A stretch of DNA of 64,000 nucleotides from positions 36,077 to 100,076 of IMG/VR virus record IMGVR_UViG_3300032236_001771; one strand, 5' to 3'. Source of the stretch: a virus. Shown here piece after piece: positions 46,944-56,686 of this stretch. Below the pieces are notes generated by a model. It did not search any database. It worked only from the letters and a program-made list of their open reading frames with translations, and was not told where the DNA came from. The position numbers and the translations under genes are program-made. The first letter of the stretch is position 1; every line of letters starts with the position of its first letter.

Positions 46944-47877
46944 TAGTAGAATTTTTGTTGCAGGACATAAAGGACTTGTTGGTTCTGCAATTGTAAGAAA
47001 ATTAAATAATTTAGGTTATACTAATATTATTAAAGTAAGTAAGGATGTAGTAGATTTAACTGATTCTGAGGCAGTTGAATGTTTTTTTAAAGTAAAAAAA
47101 CCAGAGTATGTATTTCTTGCTGCAGCAAAAGTTGGAGGAATTGGATATAATAAAGAATATCCTGCAGATTTTATTAGAGAAAATCTTCAAATTCAAACTA
47201 ATGTAATTGATTCTGCTCATAGACATGGATGTAAAAAACTGCTTTTTCTTGGATCTGCGTGTATTTACCCCAAAAATGCTCCAGTCCCTATTAAAGAAGA
47301 ATATTTAATGACATCTCCTCTTGAAGAGACTAACATTTCATATTCAATTGCTAAGATAGCTGGATATATGATGTGTAAAAAATACACAGAACAATATGGA
47401 TTGAGTACTATTTCTGTAATGCCTAATAATTTGTATGGTATTAATGATAATTTTAATATTCAAAGATGTCATGTAATTCCAAGTTTTATTAATAAGTTTA
47501 TTACTGCAAAAGAAAAAAAACTTTCTTCTGTTACTTGTTTTGGTGATGGAAGTCCAACAAGAGAATTTCTTTTTTCTGATGACCTTGCTGATGGAATTGT
47601 ATTTTTAATGAACAATTATAATGACCCAGAAATCATTAATATTGGACCAAAGCGAGAAGTAAGTATTAAAGAATTATCGGAATTAGTTTCTAAATTGGTT
47701 GGATTTGAAGGTGAAATTTTTTGGGATATTACAAAGCCAAATGGAACTCCTCGTAGAGCATTAGATACAACTAAAATGGATTCTCTTGGTTGGAAGTCTA
47801 CAACAAGTCTTGAAGACGGTCTTAAAATTACTATTGATTGGTTCTTAGAAAATAGGAGCAAATATGCCAGAGTATAA
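46933..47877 (+). CDS. fcl: GDP-L-fucose synthase-family epimerase/reductase
   Basis: [71 protein letters not shown]-like; ATG 46933 preferred. Confidence 0.9.
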   Translation: MDFDSRIFVAGHKGLVGSAIVRKLNNLGYTNIIKVSKDVVDLTDSEAVECFFKVKKPEYVFLAAAKVGGIGYNKEYPADFIRENLQIQTNVIDSAHRHGCKKLLFLGSACIYPKNAPVPIKEEYLMTSPLEETNISYSIAKIAGYMMCKKYTEQYGLSTISVMPNNLYGINDNFNIQRCHVIPSFINKFITAKEKKLSSVTCFGDGSPTREFLFSDDLADGIVFLMNNYNDPEIINIGPKREVSIKELSELVSKLVGFEGEIFWDITKPNGTPRRALDTTKMDSLGWKSTTSLEDGLKITIDWFLENRSKYARV

Positions 47878-49027
47878 GTGGCCTTTAATGAAAAATACTT
47901 TGACCTTTATGGACAGAGTAAAACTTGCAAAATTTATTTTAACTTCCGATAAATTTACTCAAGGTAAGAAAGTAGAAAAGTTTGAAAATGAATGGTCAAA
48001 ATGGTTAGGCTGTAAACATTCTCTTTATGTTACTTCTGGTAGTACTGCTAATTTTTTATTAGTAGCTTCTATTATTGAAAAATATAATTTAAAGCCTGGA
48101 GATAAAGTTTTAGTTCCTGCTTGCACTTGGGTTACTAATATTAATCCTATTTTTCAACTTGGATTAACTCCTATTTTTTGTGATGTTAGTTTAGAAAATT
48201 ATAGTTTTAATGAGTCTAATTTACAACAAATTGCTAAAAAACATCCAGACATTAAATTAGTATTTGTAACTCATCTTTTAGGAATTCCTGCCTATAATAA
48301 AGAATATAAAAGAATTTTTCCAAATGCTTTGTTTATTGATGATGTATGTGAATCTCATGGTTGTGAAACTGTAGGAGGAAAAGTTGGTTTTGATAGTCTA
48401 GGTGCAACTTTTAGTTTTTATTTTGGACATCATATGTCTACTATTGAAGGTGGAATGATTTCTACCAATGATAGTGAACTTTATGATTTGATGAAACTTA
48501 AAAGATCACATGGATTAGCAAGAGTTTCTAATAAATTTTCTGAGTATATTGAAGAAAATCCTGATATTGAAAAATCTTTTTTGTTTGTAACTGATGGATA
48601 TAATTTTAGAAACACTGAACTTGGTGCAGTATTGGGATTATCTCAATTAAAAAGATTAGACAATTTTGTTTTGATAAGAAAAGAAAATTATAAAAAATTT
48701 GTAGAAATTTCTAATCAAAATGAAAATTTTTATCCAGTATATTATCATCCAGGTAATAGTTGTTTTTGTTTTCCATTTATATGTAAAACTCAAGAAATCA
48801 AAAAGAATTTGATTAGTTTATTTGAAAAGTATAAAATTGAGTATAGACCTATTGTTGGTGGAAACTTATTAAAACAGCCTTACTTACAACAATATAAAAT
48901 AGACATACAAGCAAATAATTTAAATGTAGACATAATTCATGAGAATGGTGTTTATATTGGAAATAATCAGTTTGTAACTTTAAACGATATGAAAAAACTT
49001 GCTAAAATTTTGGGAGAACTTAAATGA
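47864..49027 (+). CDS. DegT/DnrJ/EryC1-fold sugar enzyme, ColD-like (3-dehydratase type, His replaces PLP Lys)
   Basis: SGSTANFLLV, FIDDVCESHGCE, GATFSFYFGHHMSTIEGGMI. Confidence 0.8.
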   Translation: MPEYKWPLMKNTLTFMDRVKLAKFILTSDKFTQGKKVEKFENEWSKWLGCKHSLYVTSGSTANFLLVASIIEKYNLKPGDKVLVPACTWVTNINPIFQLGLTPIFCDVSLENYSFNESNLQQIAKKHPDIKLVFVTHLLGIPAYNKEYKRIFPNALFIDDVCESHGCETVGGKVGFDSLGATFSFYFGHHMSTIEGGMISTNDSELYDLMKLKRSHGLARVSNKFSEYIEENPDIEKSFLFVTDGYNFRNTELGAVLGLSQLKRLDNFVLIRKENYKKFVEISNQNENFYPVYYHPGNSCFCFPFICKTQEIKKNLISLFEKYKIEYRPIVGGNLLKQPYLQQYKIDIQANNLNVDIIHENGVYIGNNQFVTLNDMKKLAKILGELK

Positions 49028-49374
49028 GTAAATTTGGACAAATTATTGATGAATGTATTAAAGAAACTGTAAATGAAGTTCTTACAAAAAGAGAACTTCC
49101 CGATGTTGAATATATTGAAACAGACAATCTTGGTGAAGTTGTAGAAAAACTTTCTATTTTACATACTCGTATGTGGATGCTTGAAGATGCAATTCAAGCT
49201 GCAACAACAAATGATGAAATTGCTACACTTAAAAAGAAAATTGATATTTGTTTTAAAATAAAGCGACCAAAATACGTACAAGCAATTAATCGTATGATTG
49301 AAGTTGCAATTCAAACTAATAAATCGTTGGTTGAAGATTCTGTGAAATTATACAAAGGAGTTGAAAATGCATAA
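49024..49374 (+). CDS. hypothetical protein in sugar cluster
   Basis: 116 aa, ATGA coupled. Confidence 0.55.
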   Translation: MSKFGQIIDECIKETVNEVLTKRELPDVEYIETDNLGEVVEKLSILHTRMWMLEDAIQAATTNDEIATLKKKIDICFKIKRPKYVQAINRMIEVAIQTNKSLVEDSVKLYKGVENA

Positions 49375-50287
49375 AATTTGTTTTTATAATCATTTTCATA
49401 ATGGTGATTGTTTAGCAACAAAGGCATTTGTAAATGAACTTATTGAAAAATTTCCAGCAAAATATTTTTATTGCCATTCAAATCATCCAAAAATTCTTCG
49501 TGATTTGAATGTTACTTATATGGGGATGCCATCATTTCTTCAAGGTAAAATTAATCCAAAATTTATTGAAGAAAATGATACTTTTTATATTAATACTTGG
49601 GTTGGATGTTATTTTATTGATAGGGCAGATGATGGCATAGCTCTTGTTTTACCATTGGAAGACGGTAAAATTGGTTCTGATATTAATTGGAAAGCGTATT
49701 ATAAAATTTGGACTCATATTTATAAAACACTTAATGAAAAATTTGAATTAAATTTAAAGTTAAGTGATAATGTAGAAGACTATGCTCATAGTATAGATTA
49801 TACAAAATTTAATTATAGATCAATTGATGCATTTGTTCAAAAATATTCTGGTAAGAAAATGATACTGGTTTCTAATGGACCAGGACATTCTAATCAATCT
49901 TATCAAAATCATGATATGAGTAATATTTTTAATCAATTTCTTGGAAATAGTGTAGATGAATTGTTTATTTTTACTAATAAATTTCCTACATCAATGTCCA
50001 ATGCCTTTTTTACTGATGACATTATTCAACCTAGAGATGGGTCTGATTTAAATGAGATTGCATATCTTTCAACTTTTTGTGATATAATTATTGGTAGAAA
50101 TTCTGGTCCTTTTCTTTTTACTAACACTAAAGAAAATTTAAATAATCCTAATAAGAAATTTCTAGCAATGGGTAAAACTTATGAAGAATGTTTTCCATTT
50201 GGATTTAATACTAAATGTGATTTTAAGTTTATTTTTGACACTACTGATGATATAATTACTGAAGAAATTAAAAAGATTTTAAAATGA
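49367..50287 (+). CDS. glycosyltransferase/heptosyltransferase-like protein
   Basis: HNGDCLATKAFVNELIEKFPAKYFYCHSN, CDIIIGRNSGPFLFTNT; internal in-frame Met at 49367 also possible start. Confidence 0.4.
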   Translation: MHKICFYNHFHNGDCLATKAFVNELIEKFPAKYFYCHSNHPKILRDLNVTYMGMPSFLQGKINPKFIEENDTFYINTWVGCYFIDRADDGIALVLPLEDGKIGSDINWKAYYKIWTHIYKTLNEKFELNLKLSDNVEDYAHSIDYTKFNYRSIDAFVQKYSGKKMILVSNGPGHSNQSYQNHDMSNIFNQFLGNSVDELFIFTNKFPTSMSNAFFTDDIIQPRDGSDLNEIAYLSTFCDIIIGRNSGPFLFTNTKENLNNPNKKFLAMGKTYEECFPFGFNTKCDFKFIFDTTDDIITEEIKKILK

Positions 50288-51252
50288 AAACAATAAAACT
50301 TTCCTATCGTAATATGTGGCCAGGAATGAATCCTAACAAAATGCCACAAGATTATTTTTTTGAATATGTGCTTTCTCAAAAATATAATGTTGTTTATGAA
50401 GATAAAGATCCTGATGTTGTAATTTATAGTGTCTTTGGTCCACCACCAATTAGGGATGAATATTCAAACAATCCATTAATTATTGGTTATACTGGAGAAC
50501 CACATGAAGTTCAAGGTAATCCTGATCTTTACTTTGGATTTGATGCCAATAAAAGACCTGATTATTTTAGACTTCCTCTTTGGGTGCTTTATATGATGTG
50601 GGATATTCCACAAATTGACACACCGTATAAACTTGTAGGTATTCCTTGTGTTGGTCAAGGAAGTCATCATATTCAAGGAGTAGAAGATCAAGATATGGAT
50701 GATTCAATGAATAACCCTTTACTTGTAAGTAAAATTATCAATAGACATCAAAATAATAAACCTAAAAATAAATTTTGTAATTTTACCTATTCAAATCCAG
50801 TTCAAACTAGAATTGAATTTTTTATGAGACTTCGTGAATATAAAATGGTAGAAAGTACAGGAAGTCTTCTTAATAATACTAAGTATAGAATGAATTCTAA
50901 AACAAAAGAACTTGGTGATTACAAATTTACCATAGCTTTTGAAAATACAATTAATCAAGGATATGTAACTGAAAAATTGATGGAACCTCTTGCTGCAGGA
51001 AGTGTCCCTATCTATTATGGTGGTGATATGGCAATAACAGATTTTAATGAAAAAGCATTTATCAATGTAAAAAACTTTGATAGTTTTTCTGATGCTATTG
51101 AATATATTAAAAAAGTTGATAGTGATGAAGAGTTATATAATCAGTATTTGAATGAACCAGTATTCAATACCTTAGTTGAATATCCACAAATAGTTTTTAA
51201 TAAAATTTACACTAAATTAATTGAAAAAAATGAAAATCTTATTTCACGATAA
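50284..51252 (+). CDS. GT10-family (fucosyltransferase-like) glycosyltransferase
   Basis: YKFTIAFENTINQGYVTEKLMEPLAAGSVPIYYGGDMAITDFNEKAFINVKNF. Confidence 0.88.
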   Translation: MKTIKLSYRNMWPGMNPNKMPQDYFFEYVLSQKYNVVYEDKDPDVVIYSVFGPPPIRDEYSNNPLIIGYTGEPHEVQGNPDLYFGFDANKRPDYFRLPLWVLYMMWDIPQIDTPYKLVGIPCVGQGSHHIQGVEDQDMDDSMNNPLLVSKIINRHQNNKPKNKFCNFTYSNPVQTRIEFFMRLREYKMVESTGSLLNNTKYRMNSKTKELGDYKFTIAFENTINQGYVTEKLMEPLAAGSVPIYYGGDMAITDFNEKAFINVKNFDSFSDAIEYIKKVDSDEELYNQYLNEPVFNTLVEYPQIVFNKIYTKLIEKNENLISR

Positions 51253-52192
51253 TACTTTAAGTTATAGGGGAACTTCTGTTGCTTTATATGATTATGCGTA
51301 TTACAATCAAAAATACTTAGGTAATGAAAGTATTATTGCTTATTGTGGATTTCAACCATATCATGAAGATGGTGGCACAGAAGTAGAAGTTGTAGAGAAG
51401 TTTAAAAAAGAGTTTAAAGTTTTATCATACGATTCTTTAGAAGGAATTAACGAAATTTGTGATAAAGAAAATATTGATGCAGCATATTTTATTAAATCTG
51501 GTCATTTTGATCAAAGAATTTCAAATCGTAAAAATTTAATTCATTGTGTTTTTCAGGATTTTCAACCACATGGGGATGTTTATGCTTATGTGTCTGAATG
51601 GTTAAGTGATAAAGTAACAAAAGGAAACTTTCCTTTTGTACCTCATATGATAAATCTTCCAGAACCAAATGGTGATTTTAGAGAAAAATATAATCTAAAA
51701 GATAAAATTGTTATTGGTAGATATGGTGGATTACATACATTTGATTTACCTTGGGTTAAAGATGGATTGGTAAAATTTGCATACAATAATCCAGAGTATG
51801 TTTTTCTATTTGCAAATACTTTAAAATTTACAAATCATCCTAATTTTATTTTTATTGATAAAATTGTTGATTTGCAAGAGAAATCTAATTTCATTAATAC
51901 TTGTGATGCAATGATACATGCAAGAGCAATGGGAGAAAGTTTTGGTATTGCTATTTGTGAATTTATGAGTCAAAATAAACCAGTATTTGCTTGGGTTGGT
52001 GGTAATGATCAACATCATACTTCATTACTTGGTTCAATTAATACCTTATATAATGGAGAAGCAGATTTATTTGATAAGTTATCTCTTATTAAAGATGGAT
52101 ATCAATTTGCAGATTTTAGTTCTTTAGTGGAAAAATTTAAACCAATACCAGTAATGAATAAATTCAACGAGGTATTTTTAAATGGAAAATAA
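51221..52192 (+). CDS. GT4-like glycosyltransferase
   Basis: FHDNTLSYRGTSVALYDYA..., HARAMGESFGIAICEFMSQNKPVFAW. Confidence 0.75.
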   Translation: MKKMKILFHDNTLSYRGTSVALYDYAYYNQKYLGNESIIAYCGFQPYHEDGGTEVEVVEKFKKEFKVLSYDSLEGINEICDKENIDAAYFIKSGHFDQRISNRKNLIHCVFQDFQPHGDVYAYVSEWLSDKVTKGNFPFVPHMINLPEPNGDFREKYNLKDKIVIGRYGGLHTFDLPWVKDGLVKFAYNNPEYVFLFANTLKFTNHPNFIFIDKIVDLQEKSNFINTCDAMIHARAMGESFGIAICEFMSQNKPVFAWVGGNDQHHTSLLGSINTLYNGEADLFDKLSLIKDGYQFADFSSLVEKFKPIPVMNKFNEVFLNGK

Positions 52193-52925
52193 TTTTCCAA
52201 TTTATATAATGCATTACACTAAAAATAAAACACGAAAAAGTTTTATTGAAAAACAGTTATTAAAAGAAAAAATTAATAATTATCAATTTATAACAGCTTA
52301 TGATAAAGAATCTATAACACAAGAGATTTTAGATGAAGTTTTTATTCTTACACAAGAAGAAGTGGATAGAAGAAAAAATCATTTAAAACATATTTGTATG
52401 CTTCCAGAAGAAGCATCTCTTTGTTTAAAACATGAACTTGCATTAAGAAAATTTTGTGATTCAAATTATAATTATGGTTTGTTTTTAGAAGATGATATAA
52501 TTTTAGCTCATGATTTTATTGAAAAATTTAATTATTATTTTGATAAAATACCAAAAGATTTTGATGTTGGATTTATTGGTCAAGGGGGAGCAAATGCTAG
52601 AATAAAAGATGTTGTTGAAGGTAAGTATTGGTATAAAAAGTTTTGGCCAGAAAATGTAAAATGTACAGATTCTATGGTGTTTACAAAAGGAATGGCACTA
52701 AAACTTTTAGATGCCATTAACCGATGTAAAATATGTTTTCCAATTGATCATGAATATTCTTATTGGTTTAGAGAATTATCTACAAATGTATATTGGCTTG
52801 AACCACCAATTACTGCACAAGGTTCTCAATGTGGATTATTTGAATCTTTTCAAGTAAAATATGGTAGTAATTATCAAAACACGAAATTATTAACAATTAG
52901 AAATGATATTGAGGAATTATTATGA
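52182..52925 (+). CDS. GT25-like LPS glycosyltransferase (paralog A)
   Basis: EEASLCLKHELAL...GLFLEDDIILA...FPIDHEYSYWFREL. Confidence 0.78.
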   Translation: MENNFPIYIMHYTKNKTRKSFIEKQLLKEKINNYQFITAYDKESITQEILDEVFILTQEEVDRRKNHLKHICMLPEEASLCLKHELALRKFCDSNYNYGLFLEDDIILAHDFIEKFNYYFDKIPKDFDVGFIGQGGANARIKDVVEGKYWYKKFWPENVKCTDSMVFTKGMALKLLDAINRCKICFPIDHEYSYWFRELSTNVYWLEPPITAQGSQCGLFESFQVKYGSNYQNTKLLTIRNDIEELL

Positions 52926-53668
52926 AAACATTTGTGATGCATTACACTCCAAATAATACTAGAAAACTTCTTTTAAAAAAAATATTTGAAAAAGAAAATT
53001 TTAAAGAAATAATTTGGGTTGAAAATTATGATAAAGAAGTTGTAACTTATGAAATTTATAGAAATAATTTTAGAGCAGATATTATAGAATATCAAAAAAG
53101 AGTACCATCACATTTTTCTCCTGGACTATATCCACTCAAACCAGAAGAAGTTTCTTTGGGATTAAAACATAAAACTGCTTTAACTTTTTTTGTTTCTAAT
53201 TATACTAATACAGAGTGTCTTTTTCTTGAAGATGATGCTATTGTAGAAACAAATTTTCTTGAACAACTTGAACACTATATGGAAACACTTCCATTAGACT
53301 GGGATGTTGCTTTTATTGGTCAGGCAGTAGATAAAAGAATTCCAGAATATAAAAGACTTCCTGAAAAGTATTGGTATAAAAAAGATTGGCCTGCAGATCG
53401 GTGTACAGATTCTATTTTGTTTACAAAAAAAGCAGCATCAAAAATTTTAAATGGAATGAATACTAAAGGTATTTGTTTTCCAATTGATCATGAATATTCT
53501 TATTGGTTTAGAGAACTTAATTTGAATGTATATTGGTTAGAACCACCTTTAGTTACTCAAGGTTCTCAATGTGGATTGTTTGAATCTTTTCAAGATCCTC
53601 ATAGTAGGTATTTTAATCCCAATATGAGTATTCGTTCTGATATTCAGGAGTTAATAAATGAAATCTAA
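52922..53668 (+). CDS. GT25-like LPS glycosyltransferase (paralog B)
   Basis: EEVSLGLKHKTALTFF...CLFLEDDAIVE...FPIDHEYSYWFREL; tandem copy of previous gene. Confidence 0.78.
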   Translation: MKTFVMHYTPNNTRKLLLKKIFEKENFKEIIWVENYDKEVVTYEIYRNNFRADIIEYQKRVPSHFSPGLYPLKPEEVSLGLKHKTALTFFVSNYTNTECLFLEDDAIVETNFLEQLEHYMETLPLDWDVAFIGQAVDKRIPEYKRLPEKYWYKKDWPADRCTDSILFTKKAASKILNGMNTKGICFPIDHEYSYWFRELNLNVYWLEPPLVTQGSQCGLFESFQDPHSRYFNPNMSIRSDIQELINEI

Positions 53669-54452
53669 TGTTTCTATTGTTACAGCATTTTTTGATATAG
53701 GAAGAGGTAATTGGGAAGGATATTATTCTAGAAATAATAATCAATATCTTTATTATTTTTCTTATCTGGCTCAAATAAATATTGAGTTAATAATTTATAC
53801 TGAATCAAAATTTAAAAATAAAATTGAAGAAATTCGTAATTCTTTTGGTCATTTAGATAAAACTAAAATTGTTATTTGGGATACTTTATTTGAAAATTGT
53901 TGTCAAGATAAGATTCAAAAAATTCAATCTATTATGGATGATGAAGAATATAAAAAATTACCTCTTGAGCCAGGATGTCCAGAATATTGGAATCCAAAAT
54001 ATGTACTACTAAATGCCTTTAAATCTAAATTTGTTAATGATGCTATTAAAAATGAATATGTAACTAATGACCAAGTAGCTTGGATTGATTTTGGGTATTG
54101 TAGAGATATTGATACTATTTCTAAATCCAGAATTTGGAATTATGATTTCCCGCATAAAATTAATGTTTTTAATATTAAATCCTTTGATACTAGACCCGTA
54201 TTTGATATTATGAAAACAAATACAGTTTATATTCAAGGATGTCATATTGTTGCCCCAAAAGAATATTGGAAATTCCTTGAAGAAGGAGTTGACAAAAGTA
54301 TGGAGTCTATGCTAGACTGCGGTATAATAGACGATGATCAAACAATGCTATTAATGGCATACCGAAAAAATCCAAGTCTATTTGAAACCCATTATATTGA
54401 TACAAATGAAAATGGTTGGTTTGTAATCTTTAAAAAATTTAACAATGCATAA
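53658..54452 (+). CDS. HtrL/YibB-like (WlaTC) glycosyltransferase-related protein
   Basis: SIVTAFFDIGRGNW...YYFSYLAQINIELIIYTE...AWIDFGYCRD. Confidence 0.7.
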   Translation: MKSNVSIVTAFFDIGRGNWEGYYSRNNNQYLYYFSYLAQINIELIIYTESKFKNKIEEIRNSFGHLDKTKIVIWDTLFENCCQDKIQKIQSIMDDEEYKKLPLEPGCPEYWNPKYVLLNAFKSKFVNDAIKNEYVTNDQVAWIDFGYCRDIDTISKSRIWNYDFPHKINVFNIKSFDTRPVFDIMKTNTVYIQGCHIVAPKEYWKFLEEGVDKSMESMLDCGIIDDDQTMLLMAYRKNPSLFETHYIDTNENGWFVIFKKFNNA

Positions 54453-55221
54453 ACTTAATAATTTTCCACACATTTATTACATCAATCTTGATAGTGATAT
54501 ACAAAGAAAAGTTGCTACTGAAGAACAATTTGATTCTTATAACGTAAAATACACTCGCATTTCTGGATTTGATGGTAGAAAATCAAATCTTTTTGAACAC
54601 CTTTCTGGTAGATATCCTCAACATATGAACTCCAAAGAAGTTGGAGCAGTATTATCTCATCTTAAAGCAATTAAATATTGGTATGAAAATACTGATACTG
54701 AATATGCAGTAATTTGTGAAGATGACGTTTTGTTTGAACCTGTTGACTATTGGCCATTTGATTGGGATACAATTATGTCGTATCTTCCATACGATTGGGA
54801 GATTTTTCAAATGGCAATCATTAATGATATGCAGGTAACAGCAAATCTTCATCATAGATATATTAATGATTTTTCTGCTGCATGTTATTTAATTAAACGT
54901 GATTATGCCAAACGTTTACTTGGTTATCATATTATTGGTGAAAAATATAAACTTGATAATGGTGTAAAACCAAGAGCAGTGGCAGATGATTTGATTTATA
55001 ATGCTGGTAGAGCTTATGCTATGCCTTTATTTCTATATAATATTGAATTAGATTCCACAATACATACAGATCATATCAATATCTATCACAGAAAATGCTA
55101 TGAAGGAATTATGAAATTTTGGAAAGAAACTGGGATAAATCTTAAAGATTATTCTTCTCTATTTGATTATAATCCGTTGCTGGGAAGATTACCTTTAGAA
55201 CTACCTAAAGGACCCCAATAA
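54445..55221 (+). CDS. GT25-like glycosyltransferase
   Basis: YYINLDSDIQRKVATEEQF...KEVGAVLSHLKAIKYW...AVICEDDVLFE. Confidence 0.82.
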   Translation: MHKLNNFPHIYYINLDSDIQRKVATEEQFDSYNVKYTRISGFDGRKSNLFEHLSGRYPQHMNSKEVGAVLSHLKAIKYWYENTDTEYAVICEDDVLFEPVDYWPFDWDTIMSYLPYDWEIFQMAIINDMQVTANLHHRYINDFSAACYLIKRDYAKRLLGYHIIGEKYKLDNGVKPRAVADDLIYNAGRAYAMPLFLYNIELDSTIHTDHINIYHRKCYEGIMKFWKETGINLKDYSSLFDYNPLLGRLPLELPKGPQ

Positions 55222-55273
55222 TCGTCACGGAGAGACGTAAAAAGTACTGGTCGGTGATGAATCCCCCTTAGTT

Positions 55274-55301
55274 TAAAAAGAGGCTTTAAGCCTCTTTTTT
55301 T
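55274..55301 (+). terminator. intrinsic terminator upstream of psbA promoter
   Basis: AAAAAGAGGCTT/AAGCCTCTTTTTT. Confidence 0.85.
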
Positions 55302-55333
55302 GTATTTGAAAACCTTATAGGTACTTGTGCTCA

Positions 55334-55362
55334 TTGACGTGTATTCTGAGATACTGTATAAT
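55334..55362 (+). promoter_or_regulatory. psbA promoter
   Basis: TTGACG (55334-55339), 17 nt, TATAAT (55357-55362). Confidence 0.8.
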
Positions 55363-55514
55363 AAATAAGTCAGGAAATGAAAACATTTCTTCACTTTGCC
55401 CCACCGAGACTAATGGGCAAGTAAAATCCGTCTCTCATATCCGTACTGGAGGGTGGTACGGAAATAACTGTAACATTCAGTTCCCCCTGAATTCTTATTT
55501 ACCCTTTAACGAAA

Positions 55515-56597
55515 ATGACTGCTACAATTGCTACACGCCGTTCTGGCGAAAATCTCTGGGAACGTTACCTTAACTGGGTAACAAGTACTAATAATCGTAT
55601 ATACATTGGAAATTTTGGAACTTTGATGATTCCAACATTACTCGCTGCAACGATTTGTTTCATCATCGCATTTGTCGGTGCTCCTCCTGTGGACATTGAC
55701 GGCATTCGTGAACCAGTTGCTGGTTCTCTAATGTACGGAAACAACATCATCTCTGGTGCTGTTGTTCCTTCTTCTAATGCCATTGGACTTCACTTCTATC
55801 CTATCTGGGAAGCAGCAAGTCTTGATGAATGGTTGTATAACGGTGGTCCTTACCAACTTGTTGTATTTCACTTCCTCATTGGTGTCTTCTGCTATATGGG
55901 TCGTGAATGGGAACTCTCCTATCGTCTAGGTATGCGTCCTTGGATTATGGTTGCTTACTCTGCACCTGTTGCTGCTGCAACTGCTGTTTTCTTGATTTAT
56001 CCTTTTGGTCAAGGAAGTTTTAGTGATGGAATGCCTCTTTCTATTTCCGGCACCTTCAACTACATGTTGGTGTTCCAAGCCGAGCACAACATCCTGATGC
56101 ACCCCTTCCACATGCTTGGTGTGGCTGGCGTCTTCGGTGGCAGCCTGTTCTCCGCCATGCACGGCTCCCTGGTGACCTCTTCGCTGGTTCGTGAAACCAC
56201 CGAGTCCGAGTCCCAGAACTATGGCTACAAGTTTGGTCAAGAGGAAGAGACCTACAACATCGTGGCTGCCCACGGTTACTTCGGTCGCCTGATCTTCCAA
56301 TACGCCTCCTTCAACAACAGCCGCAGCCTCCACTTCTTCCTTGCTGCCTGGCCCGTAATTGGTATTTGGTTTGCTGCTCTTGGGGTTTCCACGATGGCTT
56401 TTAATTTGAACGGATTTAACTACAATGGTTCCATCAAAGATAATCAAGAACGTGTAATCCCTACTTGGGCAGACATTCTTAATCGTGGTGGACTTGGTAT
56501 GGAAGTTATGCATGAGAGAAACGCACATAATTTTCCTTTAGACCTTGCTGCCGCTGAAGCAACTCCTGTTGCTCTCATTGCACCCTCTATCGGTTGA
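55515..56597 (+). CDS. psbA: photosystem II D1 protein
   Basis: MTATIATRR..., [54 protein letters not shown]. Confidence 0.99.
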   Translation: MTATIATRRSGENLWERYLNWVTSTNNRIYIGNFGTLMIPTLLAATICFIIAFVGAPPVDIDGIREPVAGSLMYGNNIISGAVVPSSNAIGLHFYPIWEAASLDEWLYNGGPYQLVVFHFLIGVFCYMGREWELSYRLGMRPWIMVAYSAPVAAATAVFLIYPFGQGSFSDGMPLSISGTFNYMLVFQAEHNILMHPFHMLGVAGVFGGSLFSAMHGSLVTSSLVRETTESESQNYGYKFGQEEETYNIVAAHGYFGRLIFQYASFNNSRSLHFFLAAWPVIGIWFAALGVSTMAFNLNGFNYNGSIKDNQERVIPTWADILNRGGLGMEVMHERNAHNFPLDLAAAEATPVALIAPSIG

Positions 56598-56607
56598 TAT
56601 AATAAGG

Positions 56608-56632
56608 AGGAACTCTTATGAGTTCCTTTTTT
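56608..56632 (+). terminator. terminator after psbA
   Basis: GGAACTC-TTAT-GAGTTCC then TTTTTT. Confidence 0.85.
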
Positions 56633-56645
56633 ATTTGCTAAATAG

Positions 56646-56671
56646 TTGAAGTTATGTTATAATAACTTCAA
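56646..56671 (+). promoter_or_regulatory. hairpin with TATAAT in loop upstream of endonuclease
   Basis: TTGAAGTTAT-GTTATA-ATAACTTCAA; TTGCTA (56635-56640)/17/TATAAT (56658-56663). Confidence 0.55.
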
Positions 56672-56686
56672 TCAACTAAAAGAATT

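Noticed and set aside
55325-55573. 82-aa ORF over the psbA promoter and start
   Set aside because: Its start precedes the promoter -10 box and it overlaps psbA out of frame; treated as leader sequence.
55926-56528. 200-aa minus-strand ORF inside psbA
   Set aside because: Antisense shadow of psbA; composition driven by the GC-rich tract. A CfrI-like antisense RNA cannot be excluded, but the ORF is not supported.
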